Shown piece after piece: positions 43,601-50,460 of a stretch of 64,000 nucleotides of DNA. The notes under the pieces were generated by a model that was given only the letters and a program-made list of their open reading frames with translations, was not told where the DNA came from and did not search any database. The DNA lies in contig JAQGDQ010000393.1 of assembly GCA_030141605.1 (NCBI GenBank), positions 1 to 64,000 of the forward strand, given 5' to 3'. The DNA comes from Tubiluchus corallicola (lineage: Eukaryota > Animalia > Priapulida). The translations under genes were made by a program, and so were the position numbers. Position 1 is the first letter of the stretch. Each line of letters starts with the position of its first letter.

Positions 43601-46600
43601 ACAATTGTGATTGCTTGTTAGCAAAGGTAGGCTTTTCACCTGAACACAGACAACAAATAGATAACAAGACTTTCGGTAAGTAATGAGGTTTCCTAACAAG
43701 TAATCAACACGCAATAAATATATTATACTTTATTATCATAAACTTATGAAATAAAGTCTTAAGTTATCAAAATCTTTAAAGGAAGGCAGGATGATTTTTC
43801 ATATACTACCCCATTTTCAACTACGATAAAAAGTGTACATTTTAACACAATTAATACTGCAAAAGCATTTCTGATAATTAAATAATAGATTGAAAACTTA
43901 ATTAATGGCAGTGTTGCACGTGTTTGCGAAAACGAAACTTGAAGTACAGTGCTATTGTACGGTATTCAATGTGCTGTTAAAGCTAGGCAAGTTTTAAGAT
44001 AAAAATTCAAATTTCAAAATTATTGCTGTGCTCATGCATGAGCTGTCAAACGTGTGCAGTTTGTCACATAGTAACACATCTGAACTGAGAAGTACAGCTC
44101 GCTTTTTGTGCAATATGTTTCGCTAGTGCCCATCTTACAAGCGAATGGCAAAATGCATGTAACAGCGAAAAGCTAGTGGCACGAATGCAAAATTGTGTTT
44201 GTGTGGTAATAATTCTTTCACGCAAGTCATTTTCCAAAAAAATAATATTTCCTTTTAATATTTTAAAGTTTAGATTGTTTTGACCTACAGTTTAAGATTG
44301 GGTCCAGTTTTGCTTTAAAGCATCGAAGGTGAATCACAAGCATCACTTCTTCATTCAGTTCTTTAATTACAGTGAATTTTATAATCGCCCCTTTATTACA
44401 AACTTTACAAAACAATTTCCAAGCCACCTTCCCACAGATGGCTAGACATCTATTAATTAACGTTTCACTATTTACATACCTTATCATTATTAAACGTAAC
44501 GCTCTGCAACGCGGTCTTAGTATCGTGACGATCATCGCATAATGTCAGATCCTTGCTTTTCTTAATAGTCGTATGCATGTAACCATCATCCAGTAATGAA
44601 TACTCTGTCTTACATTTCCCATTAACATCAGTCTATAACAACAACAAACAATTAAAATAATTACAAAAAAATAACTTACTTCATATTTAAATTTGAATTG
44701 CACTAGGTCTCTCCTAAAACATACATAAATAACATGTCAAAATCTGATCTAAAAAGAAATCAAAAGTACATTGTATTTTCTTCTAATAAGCTTTCTTTTT
44801 TTATACATACATGTATGATTAGTATGCATTAGTGATGGATGGAAATTGATACAAAAATTGCGATACGATTTCGATAAACGATAAGAACTAGCGATGCGAT
44901 TTCGATAAGCATTTTGCAAATCGATTTGATACAATTTTATTTTCTAAAATACATGTTGTCTTTAAGTTATTTTATATATTCAAATGGTGACCTTACGAGT
45001 GTGTAAATTAAAGGTTTGCACTCATGAAAGTATTGTGAATGTTTGTGCATGAAAAAGTAGTACATTTTTATTGCTATACATTAGTTTTGGTACTGCTCCG
45101 ATTGTATCGAAATTCTGTGGTGATAATCATTTATTTTATCGATCCAATGTATAGATTCGAAAAATCAATAAAAAAATCAATCAAAATGATAATCGATTCC
45201 CATCACTATACATACATATGCGTAACACATATATGTACGATTAGATTAATAAGTTGTGTAACTACTGATGTGCAACATAATTATTTACATTAAATTTGAC
45301 TAGATTAGTTAGGTTTGAAATTTGAAAAAAATACTTTAATTCCTGTTGCTGCTGTGGCTTTCATTGCATTACAAAAAATGCAAATAAAACAATAAAAAAC
45401 GCGTGTTTTTGTACTAACTGTAAATGATAATAACTGTAATTCTAAAAGTAAAAAAATTCACATCATCTGGACTTTTGTACTTCAGTGTTAGCATTACGAA
45501 ACTAAGCAAAATAATATACAAAACCAGGTAAATAACGTAGTCATATAAGGAAACGCTATCACATTACCTCCACAGTAGAGTGACCAACAGAAAGGCTGTC
45601 CATGGTGTTTTGGAAAGCAGACAAGATGCCACGCTTCGCATTTAGCACCCAGCTCTCCTCCTCTGCTTCAGGACAGACCAAGTTCACCTGGCCGTCGTCA
45701 AACGCAAAGTAGAGAGGAAGACGCTCAAGAGCCGCCGAAAATTCCCGTGATTTGAAACTTGGTTCATCTCTCCTGCCCTTTTTCATGTACATCTGCACAT
45801 GTTTTAGCTAAAAAGAAAATAGACGGTTCCAGCAACTCACACTGATTCACACACATAGTAATCCCTGTGCTGTAATCTGTACACACTACACAAAATAATG
45901 CCTATATACTTTTATATACAATATTAAAAGAAACTTACTGTGGGTTCCAGGTGTACTAATAGTACATGTTTTAAAATGAAATAATTGTTACAACTAGCAA
46001 AAAAATGCAAAAAGTTTAATTTATCACAGTAAATACTATACAACAGATAGTATCCATGGTAACTATTAAAACGATGAGTTAAAGTTTGCTTCTTTATCAA
46101 TAAGTCTGAGAATAGTTACAAATACAGCAAAAAATATTTACAATTAGTTAGGTTTAGTATATTTTAAAATATTCTCTTGACACAAAAGCTAGGCATTTCA
46201 AAAAATAAATAAATAAATTGCCCACTTAATTAGTAGTTTATTAAACTACTAATAAGTTTGCCTTAAACATGATCTGTTCAAAAATTATATATTAGCTGCA
46301 TTAGGCCTATATAATAAGGAGAAGGGTACGTATTATTTTGAAACCTATACAGTTATCTGATTAGAAGGGTATTGCCTCAAATATGCAAATATCTAAGCTA
46401 ACATAGACAGTTAACCTTCTGATCATGCACAAGTAATTACCATGAGTTATATCAACTAAAGAATTTAACTTCTGAACTTTGTTTGACTCTTTAATGGATA
46501 GTATATAGTCTGCGTAGTTGGAAATTGTTAGCTAGGTTCATGATTACTGCAGCACTAATGTAACCAGACAGAGCTAGATGCAAAGTTTATTTCAGGGTCA

Positions 46601-48092
46601 TCTGCACAGACCATAAAATAATAGTTTCAATAAATAGCAAATAAAGCCAATGACATCAAGTAAACCTAACCGATTCCTGACCAGCCAACACATTAATCTC
46701 ACATATTAATTTGTTTGAATTATGTTACATGGATAGTTAAAAGTAATAAATTTTAATACTAATAAAGTAAAGTAATTAAATTCTTAGTGGTAATATTAAT
46801 CTCTGGAGCACAAAATCACAAAGTAAACTACGCGAACTTTTTCGCAAAATTCATTTAATTCGCAAAAATTACAATTCATTTCGAAGCAAAATTGCTAAAA
46901 AAGGAAAAATTAATATTGCCTCAAATGGTTTTACTGTTCAAGTTTTTTTTATCATTCTTTTTCAAACATAATTTATCGTTCTAAATAAATTTCTTTATCT
47001 TTCATTACATAAGCGAAGCATTTCCAGGAGGAACCTACCCGAAGCTGCATGTCACATGGTTGCAATACCTCGATTTCCACAACACAGGTAAATCGCATAC
47101 CCGTCTCTTCTGCACCTGTGCCCTCCATTGCTGTAGTTGTCTCCCCTTCATAATCGTATGTGTAGGTTTTACCCCGTTCATATCGAAACTTCTGAGTTCC
47201 TGTCGAAGACACTCAATTACATCGTATGCATCTTAATAGTCTAAAGACTCCCCCATATTCAACAGGAAAGGTAACTGCTTAATCGCTTATGCCTCCTTTC
47301 CATAATAACAAAAAAGCAGAACAGTCATAGTCTCTACTTGGAAGGTGAAAGTAAGCAGCACTGAGTCTGCTTATTAAATGAATGGACGACCGCAGGAAAA
47401 CAGCTTCTGCGCAGCTACGTTTGCAATGCAATGCTGCCTCTAAGTACGTATCTTACTGAGGGAAGGTATATTCAACAAACGTGAGTAAACTCTAATTCCG
47501 GTTCAGCATCTCATCTTGAAAGATTTTCATTGAGAAATAAATATGTGCCAGTCTTGGCATAACTAAATTTTACTGATGATGAGATCACAGTTGCGTGATA
47601 CACTACACAAAATAAAATCACGAGTGGCAAAGAAAATAATTATTCTCATAGAACAAAGCTCAGTAAATTATGACTACAATTAACGGGGTCATACGTGCTA
47701 GCTAGAAGAGTTCTAGTTACTAAATAAAAAAGTTTTGCAGCTTTCAATTAACCAGGACCATCAGAGACAGAAGATTACAGATGTGATGACAGAAGATCAC
47801 TCACCAGGTGATGAATTGCATGTCTTTGCACATATTTCAGATTCTTGATGCCAAAGTGGGCCTACACAGAAAAAGCTAAATTTAATACACAGAACATAGC
47901 AATCTATAAAATGCATTAAAAATGCGTAACATCAACTCTAGATGACAATATTTCATATGAATATATATATATTTATATATAAAACATTAATTTATAATAA
48001 CTGTATTTAACAACAGTAATTTATAATGAAATAATATGCAAACCAGCTGTAGCTAGGCCCAATAAAGCAAAAAGCACAGCTATCCTAGCCAT
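32..48092 (-). CDS. apolpp: Apolipophorin/apoB-like large lipid transfer protein, 52 coding exons in window (about 3150 aa), 3' end beyond the left edge
   Basis: Hand-spliced GT-AG model, all phases consistent, 9451 nt with no internal stop. Motifs: signal peptide MARIAVLFALLGLATA; Vitellogenin_N (FRYERGKTYTYDYEG, WVLNAKRGILSAFQ, ETDVNGKCKTEY, LKALGNAG, ELRIAAYLGVMKC); DUF1943 (NQVGSFVWTHL, RKFSRNYE, FIPRSAMVNL, PTAVGFPLHL); VWD (HYVTFDSKPYEF, GWHFGKLAGLLG). The symbol denotes the family; orthology is not tested. Confidence 0.93.
299..1011. repeat. Compound AC-rich micro/minisatellite in intron 51
   Basis: Units such as ATACACACATACACG; 301-360 and 361-420 are near identical. Confidence 0.95.
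1051..1268 (-). CDS. LLTP exon 51 (VWD start)
   Basis: MAIQAGSQHYVTFDSKPYEF...CNYVLTHDF...PDFK, phase 1-0. Confidence 0.93.
1454..1600 (-). CDS. LLTP exon 50
   Basis: QMPEYIT...WDSYYAYKP...WLPPFE, phase 1-1. Confidence 0.9.
2063..2246 (-). CDS. LLTP exon 49
   Basis: VEQVEFK...LPFEWVDFNEFPLI, phase 0-1. Confidence 0.87.
2354..2512 (-). CDS. LLTP exon 48
   Basis: EKLTSLS...GYEK(AR), phase 0-0; donor ambiguous (GT at 2353 or GC at 2359). Confidence 0.82.
2829..2974 (-). CDS. LLTP exon 47
   Basis: KYFTMAE...YYTGQ, phase 1-0. Confidence 0.86.
3326..3446 (-). CDS. LLTP exon 46
   Basis: TSLRNLP...KNSLS, phase 0-1. Confidence 0.85.
4153..4864. mobile_element. PIF/Harbinger-type MITE
   Basis: Perfect 20-bp TIR GGCCCATTTCACAGTGAGGA / TCCTCACTGTGAAATGGGCC, TAA TSD on both sides. 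Confidence 0.85.
4976..5090 (-). CDS. LLTP exon 45
   Basis: YEELVELLEP...RKFP, phase 2-0. Confidence 0.85.
5626..5829 (-). CDS. LLTP exon 44
   Basis: KIEKKVS...DQAGQ, phase 2-2. Confidence 0.87.
6407..6558 (-). CDS. LLTP exon 43
   Basis: ITALYNE...MYYDN...ARSV, phase 0-2. Confidence 0.85.
6765..6995 (+). mobile_element. tRNA-headed SINE with Meta-like central domain (copy 1)
   Basis: B-box GGGTTCAAATCTC followed by GTCATACCAAAACCTTGAAAAATGGTACC, a block shared with 32903-32930; boundaries approximate. Confidence 0.6.
7042..7164 (-). CDS. LLTP exon 42
   Basis: NELDRTF...SRPM, phase 0-0. Confidence 0.82.
7204..7529. mobile_element. hAT-like MITE
   Basis: Ends CATGGCCGGATT / AATCGAGCCCTG, 8-bp flanks CTTATAAC / TTTACAAC. 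Confidence 0.6.
7776..8346. mobile_element. hAT MITE family A, copy 1
   Basis: TIR CAGTGGC / GCCACTG, TSD CTAGTATC / CTGGTATC, homologous to 36578-37016. Confidence 0.85.
8458..8645 (-). CDS. LLTP exon 41
   Basis: RPEDVF...RLNTSHILHGHLHWKP...QVS, phase 1-0. Confidence 0.88.
9574..9754 (-). CDS. LLTP exon 40
   Basis: IESPVKDW...VKDT, phase 0-1. Confidence 0.87.
10120..10595. mobile_element. hAT-like MITE
   Basis: TIR CAGGGTTCCCAC / GTGGGAAGCCTG, subterminal TTCCCTGAC repeats; TSD eroded. Confidence 0.65.
10658..10796 (-). CDS. LLTP exon 39
   Basis: IWGYGY...ELKFE, phase 2-0. Confidence 0.87.
10919..11904. mobile_element. Tc1/pogo-like MITE
   Basis: Left GCCGCTTAATAGATTCAC is inverted relative to right GTGAGTCTATCAAGCAGCGCCTACTG|TA; 3' part homologous to about 18530-18812. 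Confidence 0.6.
12002..12204 (-). CDS. LLTP exon 38
   Basis: DIVMSSK...SHPATNLHI, phase 0-2. Confidence 0.88.
12785..12982 (-). CDS. LLTP exon 37
   Basis: LVLPSRTV...WWDYDRD...HPELQK, phase 0-0. Confidence 0.88.
13592..13735 (-). CDS. LLTP exon 36
   Basis: VTMQTSF...NIDTK, phase 0-0. Confidence 0.88.
13844..13962 (-). CDS. LLTP exon 35
   Basis: KWLESGRE...CPDHH, phase 1-0. Confidence 0.87.
13982..14589. mobile_element. Unclassified TIR element family B, copy 1
   Basis: Ends ATATGTGTG / CACACATAT with long imperfect TIR; homologous to 21887-22451. Confidence 0.8.
14788..14935 (-). CDS. LLTP exon 34
   Basis: VLYTGYK...MVYKYN, phase 0-1. Confidence 0.85.
15620..16390 (-). CDS. LLTP exon 33 (largest, 771 nt)
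   Basis: ILRLDFDREV...DGREQ, phase 0-0. Confidence 0.9.
16450..16890 (+). mobile_element. LINE 3' remnant (Rex1/L2/CR1 group), frameshifted
   Basis: IMKDAFHPG, then after a frameshift KYFEMLPSGRRYRSISAKTTRTFYPIAI, typical of the ORF2 C-terminus; followed by AATAAA and a CTTA-repeat tail. Confidence 0.7.
17185..17506 (-). CDS. LLTP exon 32
   Basis: WEAKVSG...VEGEQ, phase 2-0. Confidence 0.88.
17621..17996. repeat. Tandem duplication, 189-bp unit x2
   Basis: TTTAGATATTAACT... starts at 17621 and 17810. Confidence 0.92.
18143..18354 (-). CDS. LLTP exon 31
   Basis: LNYKYKG...NEESC, phase 0-2. Confidence 0.87.
18382..18899. mobile_element. TA-flanked TIR element containing a nested MITE fragment
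   Basis: TIR CACTTATATCTCGGTTTGCTGGAC / GTCCGGCAAACCGAAATATGAGTA; internal part matches 11625-11904. Confidence 0.65.
19474..19651 (-). CDS. LLTP exon 30
   Basis: DDYSCKT...PLNTK, phase 2-0. Confidence 0.87.
20299..20431 (-). CDS. LLTP exon 29
   Basis: GSRSLEW...KNYLY, phase 1-2. Confidence 0.82.
20511..20987. mobile_element. hAT MITE
   Basis: TIR CAGGGTTGCC / GGCAACCCTG, TSD AGTAGCAT / AATAGCAT. Confidence 0.82.
21723..21843 (-). CDS. LLTP exon 28
   Basis: AWNDMEFDV...LSLMT, AAG acceptor, phase 0-1; needed to bridge the phases of exons 27 and 29. Confidence 0.78.
21887..22451. mobile_element. Unclassified TIR element family B, copy 2
   Basis: About 38-bp imperfect TIR ATATGTGTGCTTGCAAACCAAAACCGTCCATAAGTCGG / CCGACTTATGGACGATTTTGCTATGCAAGCACACATAT. 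Confidence 0.82.
22859..23649. mobile_element. hAT-like MITE family C, copy 1, with internal minisatellite
   Basis: TIR TAGAGATGGGAATCGA / TCGATTCCCATCCCTA; inverted homolog at 44830-45208; no clear TSD. Confidence 0.78.
23239..23610. repeat. 31-bp minisatellite x12
   Basis: Unit AAATCGTATCGCAAGTTCTTATCRTTTATCR, head to tail, no spacers. Confidence 0.97.
23690..23944 (-). CDS. LLTP exon 27
   Basis: DDTEKKIE...SGRFD, phase 0-0. Confidence 0.87.
23982..24376. mobile_element. Unclassified TIR element family D, copy 1
   Basis: TIR TAATAAGCCTTTTCAC / GTGAAAAGGCTTATTA; homologous to 31281-31656. Confidence 0.82.
24585..24714 (-). CDS. LLTP exon 26
   Basis: FKPNNRDEY...RVSFS, phase 2-0. Confidence 0.87.
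24851..25002 (-). CDS. LLTP exon 25
   Basis: VEATSQY...YQLTL, phase 0-2. Confidence 0.85.
25455..25668 (-). CDS. LLTP exon 24
   Basis: YGHEQILG...WEEGKQ, phase 2-0. Confidence 0.88.
26095..26350 (+). mobile_element. Probable 5'-truncated tRNA-derived SINE
   Basis: B-box GGTTCGAGTCC at about 26103; boundaries uncertain. Confidence 0.35.
26557..26763 (-). CDS. LLTP exon 23
   Basis: HLKTFAYG...KTDVRV, phase 2-2. Confidence 0.88.
26900..27380. mobile_element. pogo/Tigger-like MITE
   Basis: TA|CAGTGATACCTCAAGATACGAAA ... TTTCGTAAGTCGAGGTTCCACTG|TA. Confidence 0.82.
27417..27610 (-). CDS. LLTP exon 22
   Basis: NLQTRMNVDY...YEIGD, phase 0-2. Confidence 0.88.
28357..28463 (-). CDS. LLTP exon 21
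   Basis: GEIEKAQKGRQLSVDM...QAKK, phase 1-0. Confidence 0.85.
28975..29266. mobile_element. Partial copy of Kolobok-like MITE
   Basis: Homologous to about 59103-59412; ends TTTTCTTGTCATTTAA. Confidence 0.65.
29381..29638 (-). CDS. LLTP exon 20
   Basis: GSLVNLPALK...PLTLN, phase 1-1. Confidence 0.9.
29760..30105. mobile_element. Truncated Harbinger-like MITE
   Basis: Repeated AACTCAC/GCGAGT and GTTCACAC motifs; right end AGTCTGAACGCGCTC; left TIR not seen. Confidence 0.4.
30378..30549 (-). CDS. LLTP exon 19
   Basis: VRSQND...LNTPGSQVDR...CPYKKLQVE, phase 0-1. Confidence 0.9.
30970..31222 (-). CDS. LLTP exon 18
   Basis: SKAYIVE...FGYQVCSELSY...LKTDP...QKQK, phase 2-0. Confidence 0.92.
31281..31656. 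mobile_element. Unclassified TIR element family D, copy 2
   Basis: Same orientation as, and alignable along its length with, 23982-24376. Confidence 0.82.
32189..32468. mobile_element. pogo/Tigger-like MITE
   Basis: TA|CAGGTGTCACCAACTTACGA ... TTGTAAGTCCACAACTACCTG|TA. Confidence 0.7.
32600..32782 (-). CDS. LLTP exon 17
   Basis: SGAVEISSMM...EFLDI, phase 2-2. Confidence 0.92.
32855..33070 (+). mobile_element. tRNA-headed SINE with Meta-like central domain (copy 2)
   Basis: Duplicated B-box GGTTCAACTCCC, then GTCATACCAAAGTTTTAAAAATGGTACC. Confidence 0.6.
33402..33598 (-). CDS. LLTP exon 16
   Basis: EHDISM...PTAVGFPLHLAVNGS...RIEP, phase 0-2. Confidence 0.92.
34707..34850 (-). CDS. LLTP exon 15
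   Basis: YNTQRKTELAGDIYYKVMGNEM...IDLAK, phase 0-0. Confidence 0.9.
34940..35487 (+). mobile_element. Full-length 5S rRNA-derived SINE (SINE3 type), antisense in LLTP intron 14
   Basis: 121-nt 5S-like head (34940-35060; box A AGTTAAGC, box C TGGATGGGTG) without an oligo-T terminator; GC-rich body; 3' hairpin TGTCTTCCAAGACA; CAA-repeat tail; 11-bp TSD AATATGTCATA / AATATGTTATA. Confidence 0.9.
35523..35645 (-). CDS. LLTP exon 14
   Basis: LGGRVEGLETLLEDLL...IHEM, phase 0-0. Confidence 0.9.
36362..36501 (-). CDS. LLTP exon 13
   Basis: GSFFSE...FIPRSAMVNL...NIFE, phase 1-0. Confidence 0.93.
36578..37016. mobile_element. hAT MITE family A, copy 2
   Basis: TIR CAGTGGTG / CACCACTG, TSD TTTATTTA / TTTGCTTA, homologous to 7776-8346. 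Confidence 0.82.
37063..37206 (-). CDS. LLTP exon 12
   Basis: VGSFVWTHLTNL...RKFSRNYE, phase 1-1. Confidence 0.93.
37290..37901. mobile_element. Probable hAT-like MITE
   Basis: Ends TAGAGCCC / GGCCTCTA with subterminal CAGCTGAG-like repeats; TSD not convincing. Confidence 0.45.
38069..38213 (-). CDS. LLTP exon 11
   Basis: REQMM...ELRIAAYLGVMKC...EKVNQ, phase 0-1. Confidence 0.93.
38252..38500. repeat. Tandem duplication, about 124-bp unit x2
   Basis: TAGTAAATAGCAAAAACTAAAT... starts at 38252 and 38376. Confidence 0.92.
38513..39190. mobile_element. Non-autonomous Helentron-like (HINE/DINE-1-like) element
   Basis: TAGGTCCCCT near one end (38538-38547); 11-bp hairpin TAGGTCCCCTT / AAGGGGACCTA at the other (39158-39187), then an A run; GACG-rich tract before the hairpin. 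Confidence 0.65.
40133..40282 (-). CDS. LLTP exon 10
   Basis: IIMSLKALGNAG...IRLAAINAFRRIPCQHN, phase 0-0. Confidence 0.93.
40531..40626. repeat. Compound (AAT)n(ACT)n(AAT)n microsatellite
   Basis: Directly visible. Confidence 0.97.
40803..40985 (-). CDS. LLTP exon 9
   Basis: ALLEQQ...GTMVHNFC...EKER, phase 0-0. Confidence 0.92.
41091..41417. repeat. Interstitial telomere-like array (CCCTAA with CCTTAA/CCTAC/CCTAAA variants)
   Basis: Directly visible in LLTP intron 8. Confidence 0.95.
42090..42258 (-). CDS. LLTP exon 8
   Basis: KFFQDSLPLIGTSASV...MLHEVM, phase 2-0. Confidence 0.9.
42715..42970 (-). CDS. LLTP exon 7
   Basis: ARPDKFSL...FTRLVYELRKL...QEKT, phase 1-2. Confidence 0.9.
43435..43639 (-). 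CDS. LLTP exon 6
   Basis: VKSLPLL...CEESHVFRPFS...FADM, phase 0-1. Confidence 0.92.
44480..44632 (-). CDS. LLTP exon 5
   Basis: TDVNGKCKTEY...VTFNNDK, phase 0-0; absent from the ORF track. Confidence 0.92.
44830..45208. mobile_element. hAT-like MITE family C, copy 2 (inverted, no array)
   Basis: Ends TAGTGATGG / ATCGATTCCCATCACTA; reverse-complement match to 22859-23649. Confidence 0.75.
45568..45807 (-). CDS. LLTP exon 4
   Basis: LKHVQMY...WVLNAKRGILSAFQ...STVE, phase 0-0. Confidence 0.93.
47039..47199 (-). CDS. LLTP exon 3 (Vitellogenin_N start)
   Basis: GTQKFRYERGKTYTYDYEG...PCDMQLR, phase 1-0. Confidence 0.93.
47805..47861 (-). CDS. LLTP exon 2
   Basis: GPLWHQESEICAKTCNSSP, tag/gtgag, phase 1-1. 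Confidence 0.85.
48044..48092 (-). CDS. LLTP exon 1 (signal peptide)
   Basis: ATG, MARIAVLFALLGLATA+G, donor GTTTGC, phase 1. Confidence 0.85.
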
Positions 48093-48149
48093 TAGCACAG
48101 ATTGAACTTGTAAGACCTGACGACAGTCCAATAGGATGTACACAGCAAA

Positions 48150-48280
48150 GCAAATAGTTTTATTTACATAATAATAAGATGTCTACAAGTGATATTACTA
48201 GAATGATGTTGTCAATCACTTTGATCAGTGTAGTCCAGAGAACTGATTTGCACTTTATCGTAAACAATATTTACTCGCGT
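48150..48280 (-). promoter_or_regulatory. Putative LLTP proximal promoter
   Basis: TATA-like TAAATAAA about 70 bp above the ATG; forkhead-like GTAAACAATATTTAC and an adjacent GATA core; motif matches only. Confidence 0.3.
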
Positions 48281-48821
48281 GGCTTAAATGTACCTAAGCA
48301 AAAATAGCATAAAGTGCTTAAATTGCATAAAGTGCTTAAATTAGATAGCAAGTTTAATTCTTAGTGCTAATCATCACGTAAAACTGCCATCTATATTTAT
48401 TTGCTAAGAACAAGACTTGACAGCCGTTCTGTTTAGTTTTCCAATTGATTACGTTAGTCTTTATAGCCTCTTTTTAATTGCAGCCCTGCTCTGATCGATA
48501 TTTCTCATTTAAACGATGTGAGAGTACCTTAAAAAAGAACCACCTAAACTGCAATCTACCCGCCTCTTTGAACTACAAACTTATTTATCTCAGATATAAG
48601 TCTGTACCTAAAAATCAGAAGGAAATTGGGCCACAAGTTATACTAGTAACATCTGTTTTAAAACTCATTAATTTTGAGTCTCAGTGTGACTAGCCATTTT
48701 TATCAGTAAAATTTTCATCTGTGCTGTATATACGTTTAATCCTGGTTTCATATTTTATACTTTCTTGTAACTATTTTTTTAATAAAGACTACGTATCAAA
48801 TTAATAAATAAATAAGTAACA

Positions 48822-48886
48822 TGTCTAGCGATTATGGCGCCTACTTTCCAAGCAAAAGGTCCTGGTTCAAATCCAGGTTGTGTCAA
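48822..48886 (+). mobile_element. Degenerate tRNA-like SINE head
   Basis: T-arm CCTGGTTCAAATCCAGG and weak A-box; no intact cloverleaf. Confidence 0.35.
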
Positions 48887-50133
48887 AAATTTTTCAGATT
48901 TCCTGTTTAACTGTTTTTCATTGTTTCAAAAATCCAATTAATCGTGGGTTTGCACAGCAACATTAACGCGCATGCGCACTATAATTCCTGAACACAAGAC
49001 TCCAGTAAGTTTCAGTTACAGCATATAAATATTTATTACTATCAGTCGCAAACGAGGATACGACAATAAAAACCTGTTATAAAAACCGTGCCATGTCAGA
49101 CGAAGAACACCAACATAATGTTGTCTAATAATCGTCATCTGCGGTGCGCGCGCATGCGTGTAAGAACACGTTCTGCAATTCTCACTCAAACAAAGAAAAT
49201 CTTGCAGAAATCTTAGAAATATCAGCCAACCGTTTCAGATACTCAACTAAAATGAACGAAAGAAAAGTTCACAAGTTTATAAACTTTATAGGTAAAGAAA
49301 AACGATTTACAATTGCAATTAGGCACTTTTGAACTTATTTATGTGTGTCTGCTTGTATTATTTCGTAAGCAGGGTAAAATATGCCATTAGTTTTCATTAA
49401 AACTCAGTAACTTTCCACTGATGTTTATGACTGAGCGCTCCTGAATTCCAAGTGTTATTCCATCTGACCTTGACGTGTTACAGCTACACATGGCACCAGA
49501 GTTTTACGACTGGGAAGAAAAAGAGCAAAAAACAGTTTTGTAAATCCCAAAATAAAACGCCTCAGACGATGCCAATTTTAAACCCTGTTTTGCGTACTGT
49601 GTCTGGTGCATTAATTTGGGGTGGCCAAGAAAAAACTAAAAATGGTGTTTTGATTTTAGTCAAATGCCTAATAAATGAAAATCTTGAACATCAAACAGTT
49701 CGAGAACGTATTTATTAAAAACGCAACATAATTCAGCACGTAGAAAAGTGACAAACCAAATCCACAATCTTAGTACAAGTTTAATACAATATCCTTGATA
49801 ATAATGTAAGAATCAGCACCAGTTTTGCCACTGCCATTCAATGTTTGTAGTGGGCCATACCACTAAATGCTTAATTACTACTTGCAGCATACATAGACAT
49901 AAAAATGGTGTACAATGCATACTCAGTGACTATACATAACAGTACATGCACGGTTGCAAATTTATTGTAATTATTGGGTTTTTAGGTTTAAGTTTATTAC
50001 ACATCAGTATACACATACATATAAACATATACATCATATAAAAAACATGCAATGCAATTTAGGATATGCACACGCATGAAAAGCAACATAATAATAAACG
50101 GCGGTGTGAGGGAGACACAAAGAGCAAACGCTC

Positions 50134-50460
50134 TTACATGTGCTTACTATTAAAAACTAAGAAAGCATTTAGGTCGACATAATTTAAACGCTGTTTGAAA
50201 AGGTTTGCATTTCGAGCTTTAAGCAATGGTGCATCATTTACAATTTCTGGCAAACTAAACCAAATCGGAACAACCCTATTAGAAAAAAATGACCAAATAT
50301 TTTTAAACAATCGCTTAACATACAATTTAAGCTAAAACTTCTTGTCCGACTAGACATAGATAATGTAAAAAATTTGTCTCTGTCTACGTCTATGTCTTTA
50401 TGTGTGATTTTATAATACGGTACTAAATCTTTATGTAACTTTCCTCTCTCACAAGATATC
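50134..50460 (-). mobile_element. CR1-like LINE 3' remnant
   Basis: DLVPYYKITHKDIDVDRDKFFTL and FFSNRVVPIWFSLP...NLFKQRL in different frames. Confidence 0.75.
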
